From NCBI RefSeq assembly GCF_009914755.1, contig NC_060931.1: 64,000 bases of DNA; one strand, given 5' to 3'. Origin of the DNA: the human T2T-CHM13v2.0 reference genome, Homo sapiens. This document shows positions 1-13,661 of this stretch, piece after piece (the first letter of the stretch is position 1; the number at the start of each line of letters is the position of its first letter). The notes beneath the pieces are model-generated. The model had not been told where the DNA came from. It saw nothing but the letters and a program-made list of their open reading frames with translations, and did no database searches. A program made the translations under genes and the position numbers.

Positions 1-348
1 GTACAGAACAAGCCTTCCAAGTGTTACTGTGTCCGTGGGTAAGTTTTTCCCTAATCCATCCTTTCATTGAAGGTGAAAGGGCCTAGTCTTCTGTCCTTTA
101 AACCCTAGTCCTGTCTACTAGGACCATGGAGTACTTCCAGAATGGTCTCTTTTCTTCCAGCTCCAAGAGTGTCTCCCTTACAGCCCTGACAGATATGCAC
201 CTTCCCAAACGTATGGTTTTCATAACAGATTCACTTCTAAGTGTTAATCCTTAGAGAGGTTTGAGGTTATAGCCTGCCATATTGCTAGTTCTTATCAAAT
301 GTTTTATGGAGAGGTCTTATTATTATTATTGCTGTTGTTATTTATTAA

Positions 349-638
349 TTTTTTTTTGAGATAGAGTCTTGCTCTTTTGACCAGGCTGGAGTACAGTGGC
401 ACGATCTCAGCTCACTGCAGCCTCTGCCTCCTGGATTCAAGTGATTCTCATGCCTCAGCCTCCTGAGTAGCTGGGATTATAGGCACCTGCCACCACACCC
501 AGCTAATTTTTGTATTTTTAGTAGAGACAGGGTTTCACCATGTGGCCAGGCTGGTCTCGAACTCCTGACCTCAAGTGATCTGCCTGACTCGGCCTCCCAA
601 AGTGCTGGGATTACAGGCATGAGCCACCAGGCCCAGCC
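349..638 (-). mobile_element. AluS
   Basis: Full dimer, antisense, T-tail. Confidence 0.9.
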
Positions 639-1313
639 AATGATTTTAAAAACTCCTCTATTTGAGAAATTTTTAACTTTAATTAATAAGACAACAATGA
701 CAAAAAGATGTATTTTCAGACATTCTGTAGTTTAATCCTATTGAACAGGAAAAGCATGCCTTCTCCATTTACTGATTTCATTTGTCTTTTGAATTACAAA
801 CCAATGCATGCTCGTTGTAATAATCCACACACTACATAATTACAAAAAGTAAAATTAATAAACATTTCCCTCCCCTTCTCCCAAATAGGTCACTGTAAAC
901 AATCTGACAGATATCCTTCCATACTTTTCTTACATAAATACATCTGAACATACAACATTGAAAATGTAATCAAGGATGTAAAATGCAAACTAAAATTTAA
1001 AAAATGGAACTGCATAATAAATATTATTCTAGAATTTGTTTTGCTTCTTAGTAGCAGTATGCTCTATTCTGTAAATATCCCTTTTGCGACTACAGCATCC
1101 AAGGAAGAATCTCATTAACTTGCTGGACAAATGACAGGTAAGTTCACAAAGCATGAGACTGACCTCCAGTGACCAGGCATTTGACATTCATTGCAGGACA
1201 TTTCTCCCTGGGGTCTTTTATCAAAGATATGACATGACTGAATGTGCCTCCCTCTGAAGTAACATGAACTGTTATTTATTACATTATATTTTATCATCAA
1301 AATATTTATTTTA

Positions 1314-1614
<301 letters not shown>

Positions 1615-1870
1615 TTAATTGTGGTTATACATTTCTCCAAGAGTTTTCAATTATAAAATCTCTCAGAGTAGGTCATTTTACTTTTATAGATTTTTGCCTA
1701 TTTTCAATAAAACATTCATTTCCCAAATAGCACATTCACATAAAATTTTTCATCTCCAGAGCTTTAACAAGGCCTATCACATGGAGAGAGCTCAAAAATA
1801 TTGTTGAATGCAAGGACAAAATAGTAAAATGGAAATTTGGAAAGAAAACTCTGTTGTTAATAGCATCTTA

Positions 1871-2222
<352 letters not shown>

Positions 2223-3702
2223 AACATCTCAGCTATAGACAGAAGGCTTTATCTATTTCCTAGTGATGTTCATAGTTTGGTGAACCAAATAATACCCATC
2301 AGAGAATTATACTGTTTACCAAGTAGCTGTCTTTCTTTAAAAAATGTTGACTGATTTTTTTCAGATTTAAAATACCTGTTCTTTATAGAAAAACATGACT
2401 GCGAAAGTAAGAAAGGAGGGGGGAGAGGTGGGGCGGGGGGGGGGGAAGAAAGGAAGGAAATGAAAAAAGGGGAGATCCAGCCAAGCTGCTTTATTATAAT
2501 AGAGGTTTTACTGCAACATAAGTTGAGGCAGCATTCTTTAATAGCTAAATCATAAATTAAAACACCACTAATCTCTGATGTTGGCAAGGTTTGCTTAAGC
2601 TGATACATATATTTTCAGCTGCAGTTTGTATCTTTGCATCATTAGAGCTCCTGCCAAGAGTAGCCTTTTGAAATTAAGTGCAATTTCAAGAGTGTCTTCA
2701 GCCTGACCAGAGATAAAATGTTACATACTCAGACAGCAGTATTTCATCTGTTCCCACCTCCCCACCCCTCTAGAGTAACACCAAAAGCTAAACTCACCAA
2801 AAGACAGCTGTAAAACCTCTGATATGACACAGACAGGGTTCAGTTTCAAAGCCATAAACGGAAATGAGCAGAGTTGGCTTTCCCAGACAGGGTACATTTT
2901 CTCATCACTTCTCTTGTCTTGTGGACTCTTAGTTGCCCAAAAAAGCCATTACTTCCAATCATTATTTCTAGCCCTATCTTATCCCTGAAACTTCGAGCTT
3001 ATAAAACCTATGATCTATTTAAACTTCTACTTGGATATTTAAAAGATATCTCAAATTTAATGTTGCCAACAGGGAGCTCAACATTTCTCCCCAAATATGT
3101 CCCCTTTTCCCTCCTGGTTTCCTGTATCTCAGCAAACAGTTTCGCCATCCACGCAATGGCTTAAGCCAAAAACCCAGGTGCTATTCTTGATTCTTTTTTC
3201 GTTCAGCCCGTACCTATAACCTAGCAAAACGTTTTATTGGTTCTACTTCCAAAAGGAATCCTAAATGCACCCACTGCTCTCCAGCCCTAGTCCCACTGAC
3301 CTTCCCCAAACCATCTCTTGCTTGGACTAACCACTCACTTTGTGACTGTTGTGCCTACTCTACTGCCCTCTATAACCAAGCCATGCTGCAGCAGTGGGGT
3401 GATCTTTTAAAATCACAAATCAGACTGCATCTCTCCCCAGCTTCACGCCCTTTCCTAGTGCACCTATATTTACAAAGCTTACCATCAAACTTAGTTTAAA
3501 ATCCAATCCCCTTATCTTTGCTTGAAAGGCCTCATAAAAGCTGCCCCAGCCCACTGCTCTGATTCATCCTACGCCACTGCCAACCTCAGCCACTCCACTA
3601 GGATAGCACAGGACCTCCATGCACTAGCACCACCTGCCTGGAATGCCCTTACCCCAGGTTTCTGCTTACCATTTACGTATCAGTTTTTAAAATGTCATCT
3701 CA

Positions 3703-4084
<382 letters not shown>

Positions 4085-4476
4085 CTAAAATAGTCAACCA
4101 CCATATCTAGTAAAATAATATATGCATTTACCCTTTGACCCAGCAATACACTCATCGGAATCTATCCCAAAGAAACATTTGCAAAAATGTGAGAGGCAAG
4201 CAGACATTATGTGACTCCTGATTGGAGTATACAGGACCACCAGTGAAATATTCCTGAAATACAAACAAACCCACACACACATGCACCCCTGAATTTAATC
4301 AATCTTCTCTTGATCTAACTATAGGCACCAATCCACAGGACGCACAGAAACATGCAATCAACAAAATCTAAAATATAAACATAGGGCATCAGCCAAGATG
4401 CATGATCCATTTTCTACAGCAAAGTGATTTCTAAGAGGAAAAACAAAACACATGGAAGACGAAATTAAAATTTTTA

Positions 4477-4853
<377 letters not shown>

Positions 4854-5414
4854 GAGTAGAAATCTTTTAGGAATATATGCTGAAATAATTCTGGGTAAAT
4901 GATATAATTTTGGTGGTTTGCTTTAAAATAATCTGGGCTAAGAGCAGAGAAAATGGGTAAAGGTATAATTGAAACAACTCTGGGTCATGAGTTGATCATT
5001 TTTGAAGGTGAGTGATGGGTGGATGGGAGTTCATTAGACCAATCTCTCTATTTCCGTCTATGTCTGAAATAAAGGTTTATGTAAAAGTCAACCAATTACT
5101 CACCACCACACTATTTTATTTCTCAGCATATTCATGTCACTACATGGTTTTTAATGACTCACTTTGTGTGGACTGTCCATCCTCCCACTAAAATACTAGC
5201 TTTATAAGAGCAAGAGCTTGGTCTTCTTGACTGCTATTATCCCCAAGGCCTAGAACAATTCCAGGTTCTTGATGAATATCGATCACGAAATGAATACATC
5301 AATAAAATTCCTGGGACCTCTAGAGTTTTACAAGGTTTTAACTCCACGATGGCCAACGAAGCACCACGATTCTTTGTCACTCCACCACGGCCACCAGAGT
5401 CAGCAGGGGCTTAC

Positions 5415-5525
5415 CTTCACTTCGATGAAGTCAGGATTCCCCAGGGACACGAGCTGCGCGTAGGCCTGGAGCTCGTCCACGTTCCATGCTTTCACGAGCA
5501 TCAGTCTGTAGACAGTTCGTTGTTG
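5415..5525 (-). CDS. TYW1B: Internal coding exon of tRNA-wybutosine synthesising protein 1 family (radical SAM domain); most likely TYW1B, paralog TYW1 not fully excluded
   Basis: Minus strand reads ...cttttcctttgttttag|CAACAACGA...GAAGTGAAG|gtaagc, with canonical AG (5527-5526) and GT (5414-5413). 111 nt = 37 codons, QQRTVYRLMLVKAWNVDELQAYAQLVSLGNPDFIEVK, recognised as the TYW1 segment RTVYRL(T)LVK...PDFIEVK(GVTYC). CpG-rich relative to its flanks. Confidence 0.9.
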
Positions 5526-6064
5526 CTAAAACAAAGGAAAAGCCAACTTCGTTGTTATCTTGGTGGATGTCACCTCTTAACCTAGAGGGTTTCTCAAGCT
5601 TTTTCAACCCAGAGAACCCAGGGCAGGCAAAACTCATCATGAACTTTTGTAAACTGAAGCTATATTTTGAGGAAAGATGAAACAAAAATAAACACTATGA
5701 TTCTAACATGCCTTATGGAAGGCACATGAGATACTGACATATTTCTTTTCTCTGCCCCACAACATTTAACATTATGCCAGGCACCCAGAGGTTTCTTGAC
5801 ACAGACACACTGAATTACATTTAGTAAGGAATGATAAACTGACCAAACAGTGTTAGGCCATAAAAAATTAATTGAAATGCCCTCTAGGCTTTCAGGTAAT
5901 AATCACCCAAGTTGTTAGTGACAAGAATTGTTAGCAAGTCCTGTCTTCTTTCCTACTCCCTCATTATTTAATGATCTCTTGGCATTTCTTGCTGGCAGAA
6001 AAGGTACATGGATGGATTATCAATGTTGCCATTTGTGTGCCACATAACCACAAGAGGGACTGGC

Positions 6065-6371
6065 TTTCTTTCTTTTCTTCTTTATTTTTTTAGAGACAGA
6101 GTCTCGCTCTGTTGTCCAGGCTGGAGTGCAGTGGTGCAATCATAACTCACCACAGCCTCTATCTCCTGGACTCAAGTGATCCTCCTGCCTCAGCTTCCCA
6201 AGTAGCTGGGACTACAGGCACATATCATCATGCCCGGCTAAGTTTAAAAATTTTTTTAGAGATGGGGTCCTTGCTGTGTTATTCAGGCTGGTCTCGAACT
6301 CTCGGCCTTAAGTGACCCTCATGCCTGAGGCTTCCGAAGGGCTGGGATTATAGGCGCACACCGAGCCAAGC
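6065..6371 (-). mobile_element. AluJ
   Basis: Diverged antisense dimer. Confidence 0.85.
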
Positions 6372-6523
6372 TAGATTTCTGAAAATGTAATTAGACAATA
6401 GGCATTAAAGCCTTTAAAAAGCTTACACTCTGACTTTGTAGCTCCCTTTTAGAACCCAAAACAAATGATTAAACATTCAAAAACACTAAAAAATCTCAGG
6501 ACAACATTATTAATAATGGCTTA

Positions 6524-6833
<310 letters not shown>

Positions 6834-6849
6834 TTAAAATCTAAAGTGA

Positions 6850-6960
6850 GACCCACCCCTTGAGTAGGTGCAGGACCTGTGACTTGCCTATAACCAACAG
6901 ACTATGGCAAAGGTGATGGGATGTATGTGGTTCTAGGTACATGATTACATGCATCTGTAG
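6850..6960 (+). mobile_element. MLT1 (MaLR) LTR fragment
   Basis: CCCTTGAGT...GGACCTGTGACTTGC...AACCAACAGA...GGCAAAGGTGATGGGATGT. Confidence 0.6.
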
Positions 6961-7280
6961 CAAATGCCCAGGTAACACTCAGGCTGCCAACCCTCAAACC
7001 ACACCTTAAGTAGCAATGCTCAAAATACTCAAGAAAAAAAAAAACAGTAAAGTGAAAGGGATGCACAAAATGATACCAATCTTATTACTTTAGTCTATGT
7101 TTGAAGACTTCCAACATTAATAAAAAAGAAGAAACACTTGAAATCTTCATTGAAGGAAACTAAGAGGTCGTTAATAAGGAATATTAGGCAGCCACACCAG
7201 AAATTAATGTTTTCCAAGCATATTTACTCATGTGTACTCAAAAGTTCCTTCTAAAATGCAGTATATCATGCAAGGAAAGA

Positions 7281-7354
7281 CAGAAATCTTCCAGATTCCC
7301 TTTATATACTTATAATTCAGAAATCTTCCAGATTCCCTTTACATACTTATAATC
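7281..7354. repeat. 37-bp tandem duplication
   Basis: CAGAAATCTTCCAGATTCCCTTTA(T/C)ATACTTATAAT x2. Confidence 0.9.
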
Positions 7355-7739
7355 CTTCCAATGCCAAAAGCTAACAAAAATAGTAGAAAACTGCAGACCT
7401 ATCTCACTCATACTTATATATGTAAAAATCTTATAGAAATTTTAGCAAGTAAAATTCAGCATTTTGTTAAAAATCCCGGGATTGCAAAAACAATTCAATA
7501 TTAGGCTATACAGTAATATAATTCATTATACTAGTAGTTCAACACAGAAAAACCACATGATCATCTTCATAGATACCCAAAGGTATCTGATATAGTTTAA
7601 AAGCCATCCCTGCTTTTAAAACAAAACAGAATGAGCAAATCAAACGCCATTTGGTAAATTCAGTTAATTAAACACATCCTTAACATTAAAAAAAAAAAAA
7701 TCCACAACATTCTCCAGTCAATAGTCAACACTATTCTTA

Positions 7740-8071
<332 letters not shown>

Positions 8072-8542
8072 CTATTTAGTTGGACTAACAGAAGAATTTC
8101 TACTCTTTCTTAAAAAACACTTTTCTACAAGTTATAATCAAAGCAACAAGGCCAGGATAAGAATTACTGGAGAATATATGAAAAATAATTAATTGTAAAT
8201 AATATGACTGGTTTCTTGGAAACCTAAGAGAATCAACTAAAAATGAGATTAGGCCAGTTACCAAAAAATATATATATATATAAACAAACAGCTTTCCAAG
8301 GATACAGTAGTGAGTTAAATGTGCACACAGGGGCCAGAATGAATCCCAACCCATGTACTAGGTATCATTACCTCTCTGTTCTTAGTTTCTACCTGAATGT
8401 AGCATTTAGCATGTGGAATCTAGAACCAAGCCTGGCAGCAGCGTATCATACCAAGTATTAGCTATTATATGCCAGCAATCAGCAATTACAAAATTCAAGA
8501 GAAAGCATATTCTACTTATAATTATGAAATGCCTAGTGTTTC

Positions 8543-8793
8543 AGCTGGGTGCACTGGCTCACGCCTGTAATCTCAGCACATTGGAAGGCCAAGATGGGAG
8601 GATTACTTGAGGCCAAGAATTCGAGACCAGCCTGGGCAACATAAAGAGACCCCATCACTACAAAAAATACAATAGCCGGGCATGGCTGAAGCAGGAGGAT
8701 TGCTTGAACTTGGGAGGTGGAGGCTGCAGTGAGCCATGATCGTACCAACGCACTCCAGCCTGGGTGACAGAGCAAGACCCTGTCTCCAAAAAA
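8543..8793 (+). mobile_element. AluJ with internal deletion
   Basis: Right arm lacks a segment after GCCGGGCATGG; tail runs into a TA-rich repeat. Confidence 0.85.
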
Positions 8794-9042
8794 TATATAT
8801 ATATATATACGTGTATATATATATATACGTGTATATATATTATATATATTATATATATATACACGTATATATATTATATATATTATATATATACGCATAT
8901 ATATTATATATATACGTATATATATATAATATATATATACATATATATATAAAATATATATATACGTATATATATAAAATATATATATACATATATATAT
9001 AAAATATATATATACACATATATACATATATATTATATATAT
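8793..9042. repeat. Complex (TA)n-rich repeat with TACG/TACA interruptions
   Basis: ~250 bp, almost purely A/T alternating. Confidence 0.95.
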
Positions 9043-9224
9043 TCCTAATGATTAAATTATGAAATAGCATGCAGGACAGTGAGTAAAATAAACTTTTCTA
9101 AGAGACCTAAACAAAAACCCATCTACATGGAGAGCCATGATGGATTTATAAATATAATGTAATTCCAATGAGAGTTTACAATTCATCTGAACAAATAAAC
9201 TGGCAACAGTAACCATAAAAATAA

Positions 9225-9460
9225 TAGCAGGAGTTTGCAATTACTCAGCCCTTACTATGTGGCAGCTGTTGTTATAAAGTGCTTTGTAGCTTGGCAAAGA
9301 TTCCAATGTCTGTCTAATCTTTACAACAAATCTCACAAAATAGATTGGATTATTACCTTCACTTTACAGATATGAAGGTGAGGCTGACAGCTGTTAAGTA
9401 AATTGCCTGAAGTTACACAGCTGGAGGGCAGCAAAGCTGGGGTGTGAACCCAAGCAGTAG
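9225..9460 (-). mobile_element. MIR
   Basis: TTTACAGATATGAAGGTGAGGCT...AAGTAAATTGCCTGAAGTTACACAGCT core. Confidence 0.7.
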
Positions 9461-9947
9461 TGAGGTGGGAGACTGGCAGGACTTGTTTTCTGGTCACAAC
9501 CCTGCTGACCAAAACAGGTCCAGACAGGATGAAGTGAAGAAACCAGCAGGAACCAGCAGATGGTCACTAAGGTGATCCCAAGATAGCCTTCTTGTGCATT
9601 AGCATAAGACACTCCCACCAGGGCCATGACAGTTTACAAATGCCATGCAACAACCCAGAAGTTACTGCCCCTTTCCTAGAAAGTTCTAAATAACACACCC
9701 CTTTATTTGCATTGGCCTGCCCCTTAATTTGCATGTAAATATGTGCATAAATACAGTTGCCAGGAGCCCATACAATGCCCATTCTGGGTGCGCTGCCTAT
9801 GAGTTAGCCCTGCTCTGCAAGGAGCTGTACCCTTCAATAAAAGATTCCCGTCTAACACCACTGGCTTGCCCTTGAATTCTTTACTGGACAAAGCCAAAAA
9901 CCCTCCCAAGCTAAGCCCCAGTTTTGGGGCTCACCTGTCATGCAACA
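9461..9947 (+). mobile_element. ERV1 solo LTR, MER66/MER41-group-like
   Basis: TG...CA termini and 4-bp TSD GTAG (9457-9460/9948-9951). Contains ACTCCCACCAG..CCATGACAGTTTACAAATGCCATG and AATAAA at 9836-9841. Inserted at the end of a MIR. Confidence 0.8.
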
Positions 9948-10529
9948 GTAGGAACCAGAATAGGCTCTCTCTCACTTTGCTAAATCTTCTGAAACTGTGA
10001 GATGAAACACAAAGAGAAATGTACACAAAACATGAATGTATAACTCCAGGGATTATCACAAAATGCCCATCACCCAGACACCCTTCTGCTCCTCCCAGTG
10101 AATATCCACTCCCTTCACCTGACTAATATCTAATATCCTGACTTTAACATAATAGTCTAGTTTTTGCCTGTGTTTGGAATTTACGTCAGTGGAATCATAC
10201 ATTATTTTGTGTTTGGTGTCTATCACTCAACACTGTGTTTATAAAATTCACCTATGTTGCTCCATGTTTAGGTTTGTTCATTTTCATTATCTAGTATTGG
10301 GTTGCATGAATATACAACAAGTTATTCAACCATTCCCTAAACATTTGGATTATGTCCAGGTTTTAGCTATTATAAAACAATGTGGTTATCTCTTTGAACA
10401 CCAGAGTTTAGTTTTGCCTGTTTAAGGAAATTTTATAAAATGCTACTGGGACATACATTCTTTTGTGTCTGGCTTCTTTCAGTGAATTCGATGTTTGCAA
10501 GATTCATTCATGCTGTTGATGTAACTGGA

Positions 10530-10563
10530 GCTCCAGTGGCCCAGTAGAGTGCATGGTACTTAT
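10530..10563 (+). pseudogene. Decayed 5'-half fragment of tRNA-Ile(TAT)
   Basis: GCTCCAGTGGCCCAGTAG---AGTGCATGGTACTTAT vs tRNA-Ile-TAT GCTCCAGTGGCGCAATCGGTTAGCGCGCGGTACTTAT. The CGCGCG to TGCATG change is three CpG transitions. It interrupts an antisense L1 3'UTR. Confidence 0.65.
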
Positions 10564-10667
10564 GTGTCACCATAAATACATCTTTATGGCCACATTGTAT
10601 GAACACACTACTAGCGAACGATTTTAACCCCCTACTTTGGGTTTCTTAGAAAATGCTGCTGCCATGA

Positions 10668-11015
<348 letters not shown>

Positions 11016-11884
11016 TGTACTTGTCTCTTGATGCACAAGAACACACATTTTCTAGGATCTACCTAAATATGGACATGCTGGGTCATGGGGGATATGTATA
11101 CATTCGACCTTAGCAGATATTGGCAATCTGATTGCCAAAGACATTTTGCCACACTTTCACCCACGTTGTATCAGAGTTTTGGTTGGTTGTTATCTTCAAC
11201 AACACTTAGTGTTGCTAGTTTTCACCACTTTTGCATTGTTTTGGTTTTGCATCTGCCTGCAGATGTAAGCAAGCTGAGTTCATATGTTTTCTGGCTATCT
11301 GTATCTCTGTTTTTGTGAAGTACTGGTTCAAATGTCTTGAATATGTCTCTGTTGGAATATTTGTCTTTTTTCCAACTGATTTTCAATAAATTATTTGCAT
11401 TTGCTGGAAAGAAAAGCTCTGTTATAAACGTATTAGAAATAATTTCATCCACTTTATGGCTTCCTTTTTTTCACAATGTCTTCTGATCAATAAGAATTCC
11501 TAACTTTCATACATTTCCACTTTCTTTCCTTATTAGCGTTTCTTTCATATTAGTGTTTCTTATGTCTCTTTAAAGGATCATTCCATGCTATCAAGAGCAT
11601 GAAGATAAGCTCTTACATTTTTTTCTAAAGTTTTATCATATTGCCACTCACATTTGTGTCAAAAATCCACCAAAACTGACTTTTGCGTGTGGTGTTGAGA
11701 AGTTAAACTTATTTAACATATGGATAGTCCACTGTAATAAATATGATAGAATCATTGTCTATGCATGTGAGGGTCTCCTTCTGGTTTTTTCTATTCTGTT
11801 CCACTGATCTAATTGTTTCTCATTGTCTCAATATCACACTTTTAATTACTGTTGCTTTACACTAAGACTTGATATCCAATAGAG

Positions 11885-12108
11885 ACGGTTCTCAACCAGG
11901 AGCGATTCTGCACCGCAGGGGACAATTAGCAACATCTTGAGAAAATTTTTTGGTTTTCACAAATGGGGGCTGCTACTGACATCTAGTGGGTAAAGGCCAG
12001 GGCTGCTGCTGAATATCCTACAATGCACGGGACAGTCTCCCCAACCCTTTTCCTGAAAAGAACTATCCAGTCTAAAATGTCGATGGTGCCAACGTTGAAA
12101 AATCCTAC
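11885..12108 (+). mobile_element. MER20 (hAT-Charlie)
   Basis: GGTTCTCAACC...GCTACTGACATCTAGTGGGTAAAGGCCAGGG.TGCTGCT.AA.ATCCTACAATGCAC...; possible degenerate 8-bp TSD CAATAGAG/CAGTGGAG. Confidence 0.85.
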
Positions 12109-12265
12109 AGTGGAGCAAGTTCTCTTATGTCGTCCTTCTGAAAGAGTATGGTGGCCATTCTTGGCCCTTTGCATATCCATGTACATTTTAGAATCAGCTT
12201 ACTAATTTCCATAAACGTATACAACCCTTTATGATTCTGCCTGATATGGCATTGAATCTATAAGC

Positions 12266-12545
12266 CAGTGTTGCTCAATAGAAATATAAGTTCACAGGTG
12301 AAATTTTTAAAAATGTATTTTAACTTAACATATCCTCAAAATTATCAACTCAAGAAGAAATCAATATTTAAATATTGGGATACCTGACATTCTTTTTACC
12401 AGACTAAGTCTTTGAATTCCATCTCTTCTTGGCCTTTTGGCTAAGATCAAGTGTAGTCTTTGAATTCCAATGCGCAGCACGGCTCAATTCAGGGTAGCCA
12501 TGTTTCAAGTACTCAATGGTCACATGTAGCTAGTGGCTACCATAA
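12266..12545 (+). mobile_element. MER33 (hAT-Charlie) interrupted by the U2 fragment
   Basis: CAGTGTTG.TCAATAGAAATATAA ... TTTCAAGTACTCAAT..CACATGTAGCTAGTGGCTACCATA. Confidence 0.75.
12421..12457 (+). pseudogene. 3'-truncated (tailless) U2 snRNA retropseudogene, nt 1-37
   Basis: ATCTCTTCTTGGCCTTTTGGCTAAGATCAAGTGTAGT matches U2 nt 1-37 at 35/37. Flanked by direct repeat AGTCTTTGAATTCCA (12407-12421, 12455-12469). Confidence 0.9.
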
Positions 12546-13422
12546 TTAAATATAATCAGTGTATGGAGAAATGATACTTTTACAACCCTGAATCTGCCAA
12601 AATAATTACCTTTATTTAGATCCTTTAAAATTTCTCTCAATGATATTTTATAGTTTTCAATATAAAGGTCAAAAACATATTTCCATAGATTTATTCCTAG
12701 GTAATATACTTTTGATGCTTTGTTATGGTACTATCTTTTCTATTTTTCCTCTTTTAACTAATATTTAACTGATATTTTAATAGCTGGTATACAGAAATAT
12801 AACTGATTTTTGTAAGCTGACTGTGTATCTATATAGCAGTCTTGTAAAATACATTTATTAAAGCGAATAATTACAAATTTTGGAAAGGATTGTTTATGTA
12901 CACATTTATTTACTAAAAATGACATCTTCCTTTCCAATCATAACTTTTTCCCCTTTTTCTTGTCTTTTAGCACCAGCCAGAACTTTGATTCCATGTTAAA
13001 TGGAAGTGGTGACAAATATAGTGGGTATGCTTGTCTTATTCTGCACAGTAAGATTTTAAACATTTACTCAAGAAGTATGACTTTTATGGGTAAATATCTT
13101 TATCAGATTAGGAAGTTTCCTTCTAATCCTAATTGGCTACAAGATTTTAATCATAAATAAATATTGATTTCTGTCAAATTCTTTTTATGCATCTATTAAC
13201 CTTATCCTACCAGCTTTCTTTTTTATTATGACATCATAAATAGGTTGATTTTTACACGTTAAACAAAACTCGCATTCTTAGAATAAAGCCAGTTTTTCAT
13301 GGTTTTATAGACTGCTGTATTTAGTTTGCTGACCTTTTCTTTAAAATAGTTGCTTCTATGCTTATGAGTAAAAATCGCTTTTGTCTTATTCTTCTTAGAA
13401 TTTGGTATAAATATTCTGAACT

Positions 13423-13661
13423 GGCTGGACGCAGTGGCTTATGCCTGTAATCCCAGCACTTTCGGAGGCTGAGGCAGGTGGATCACCTGAGGTTGGGAGT
13501 TTGAGACCAGCCTCACCAACATGGAGAAACCCCATCTCTACTAAAAATACAAAATTAGCTGGGCGTGATTGAGCCCAGGAGGTGGAGGTTGCAGTGAGCT
13601 GAGATCACGCCATCGCACTCCAGCCTGGGCAATAAGAGCAAAACTCCATCTCAAAAAAAAA
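13423..13661 (+). mobile_element. AluS with right-arm deletion
   Basis: TSD TATTCTGAACT. Confidence 0.85.

Noticed and set aside
2415-2446. G-rich tract with G-quadruplex potential (also 39722-39748)
   Set aside because: Short low-complexity runs with no supporting context; common genome-wide.
5431-5685. ORF 5431..5685(-) and plus-strand ORFs overlapping the exon
   Set aside because: They are in the wrong frame or strand. The splice-bounded frame gives the recognisable TYW1 peptide.
8533-9070. Tyr/Ile-rich ORFs
   Set aside because: Artefacts of the (TA)n repeat.
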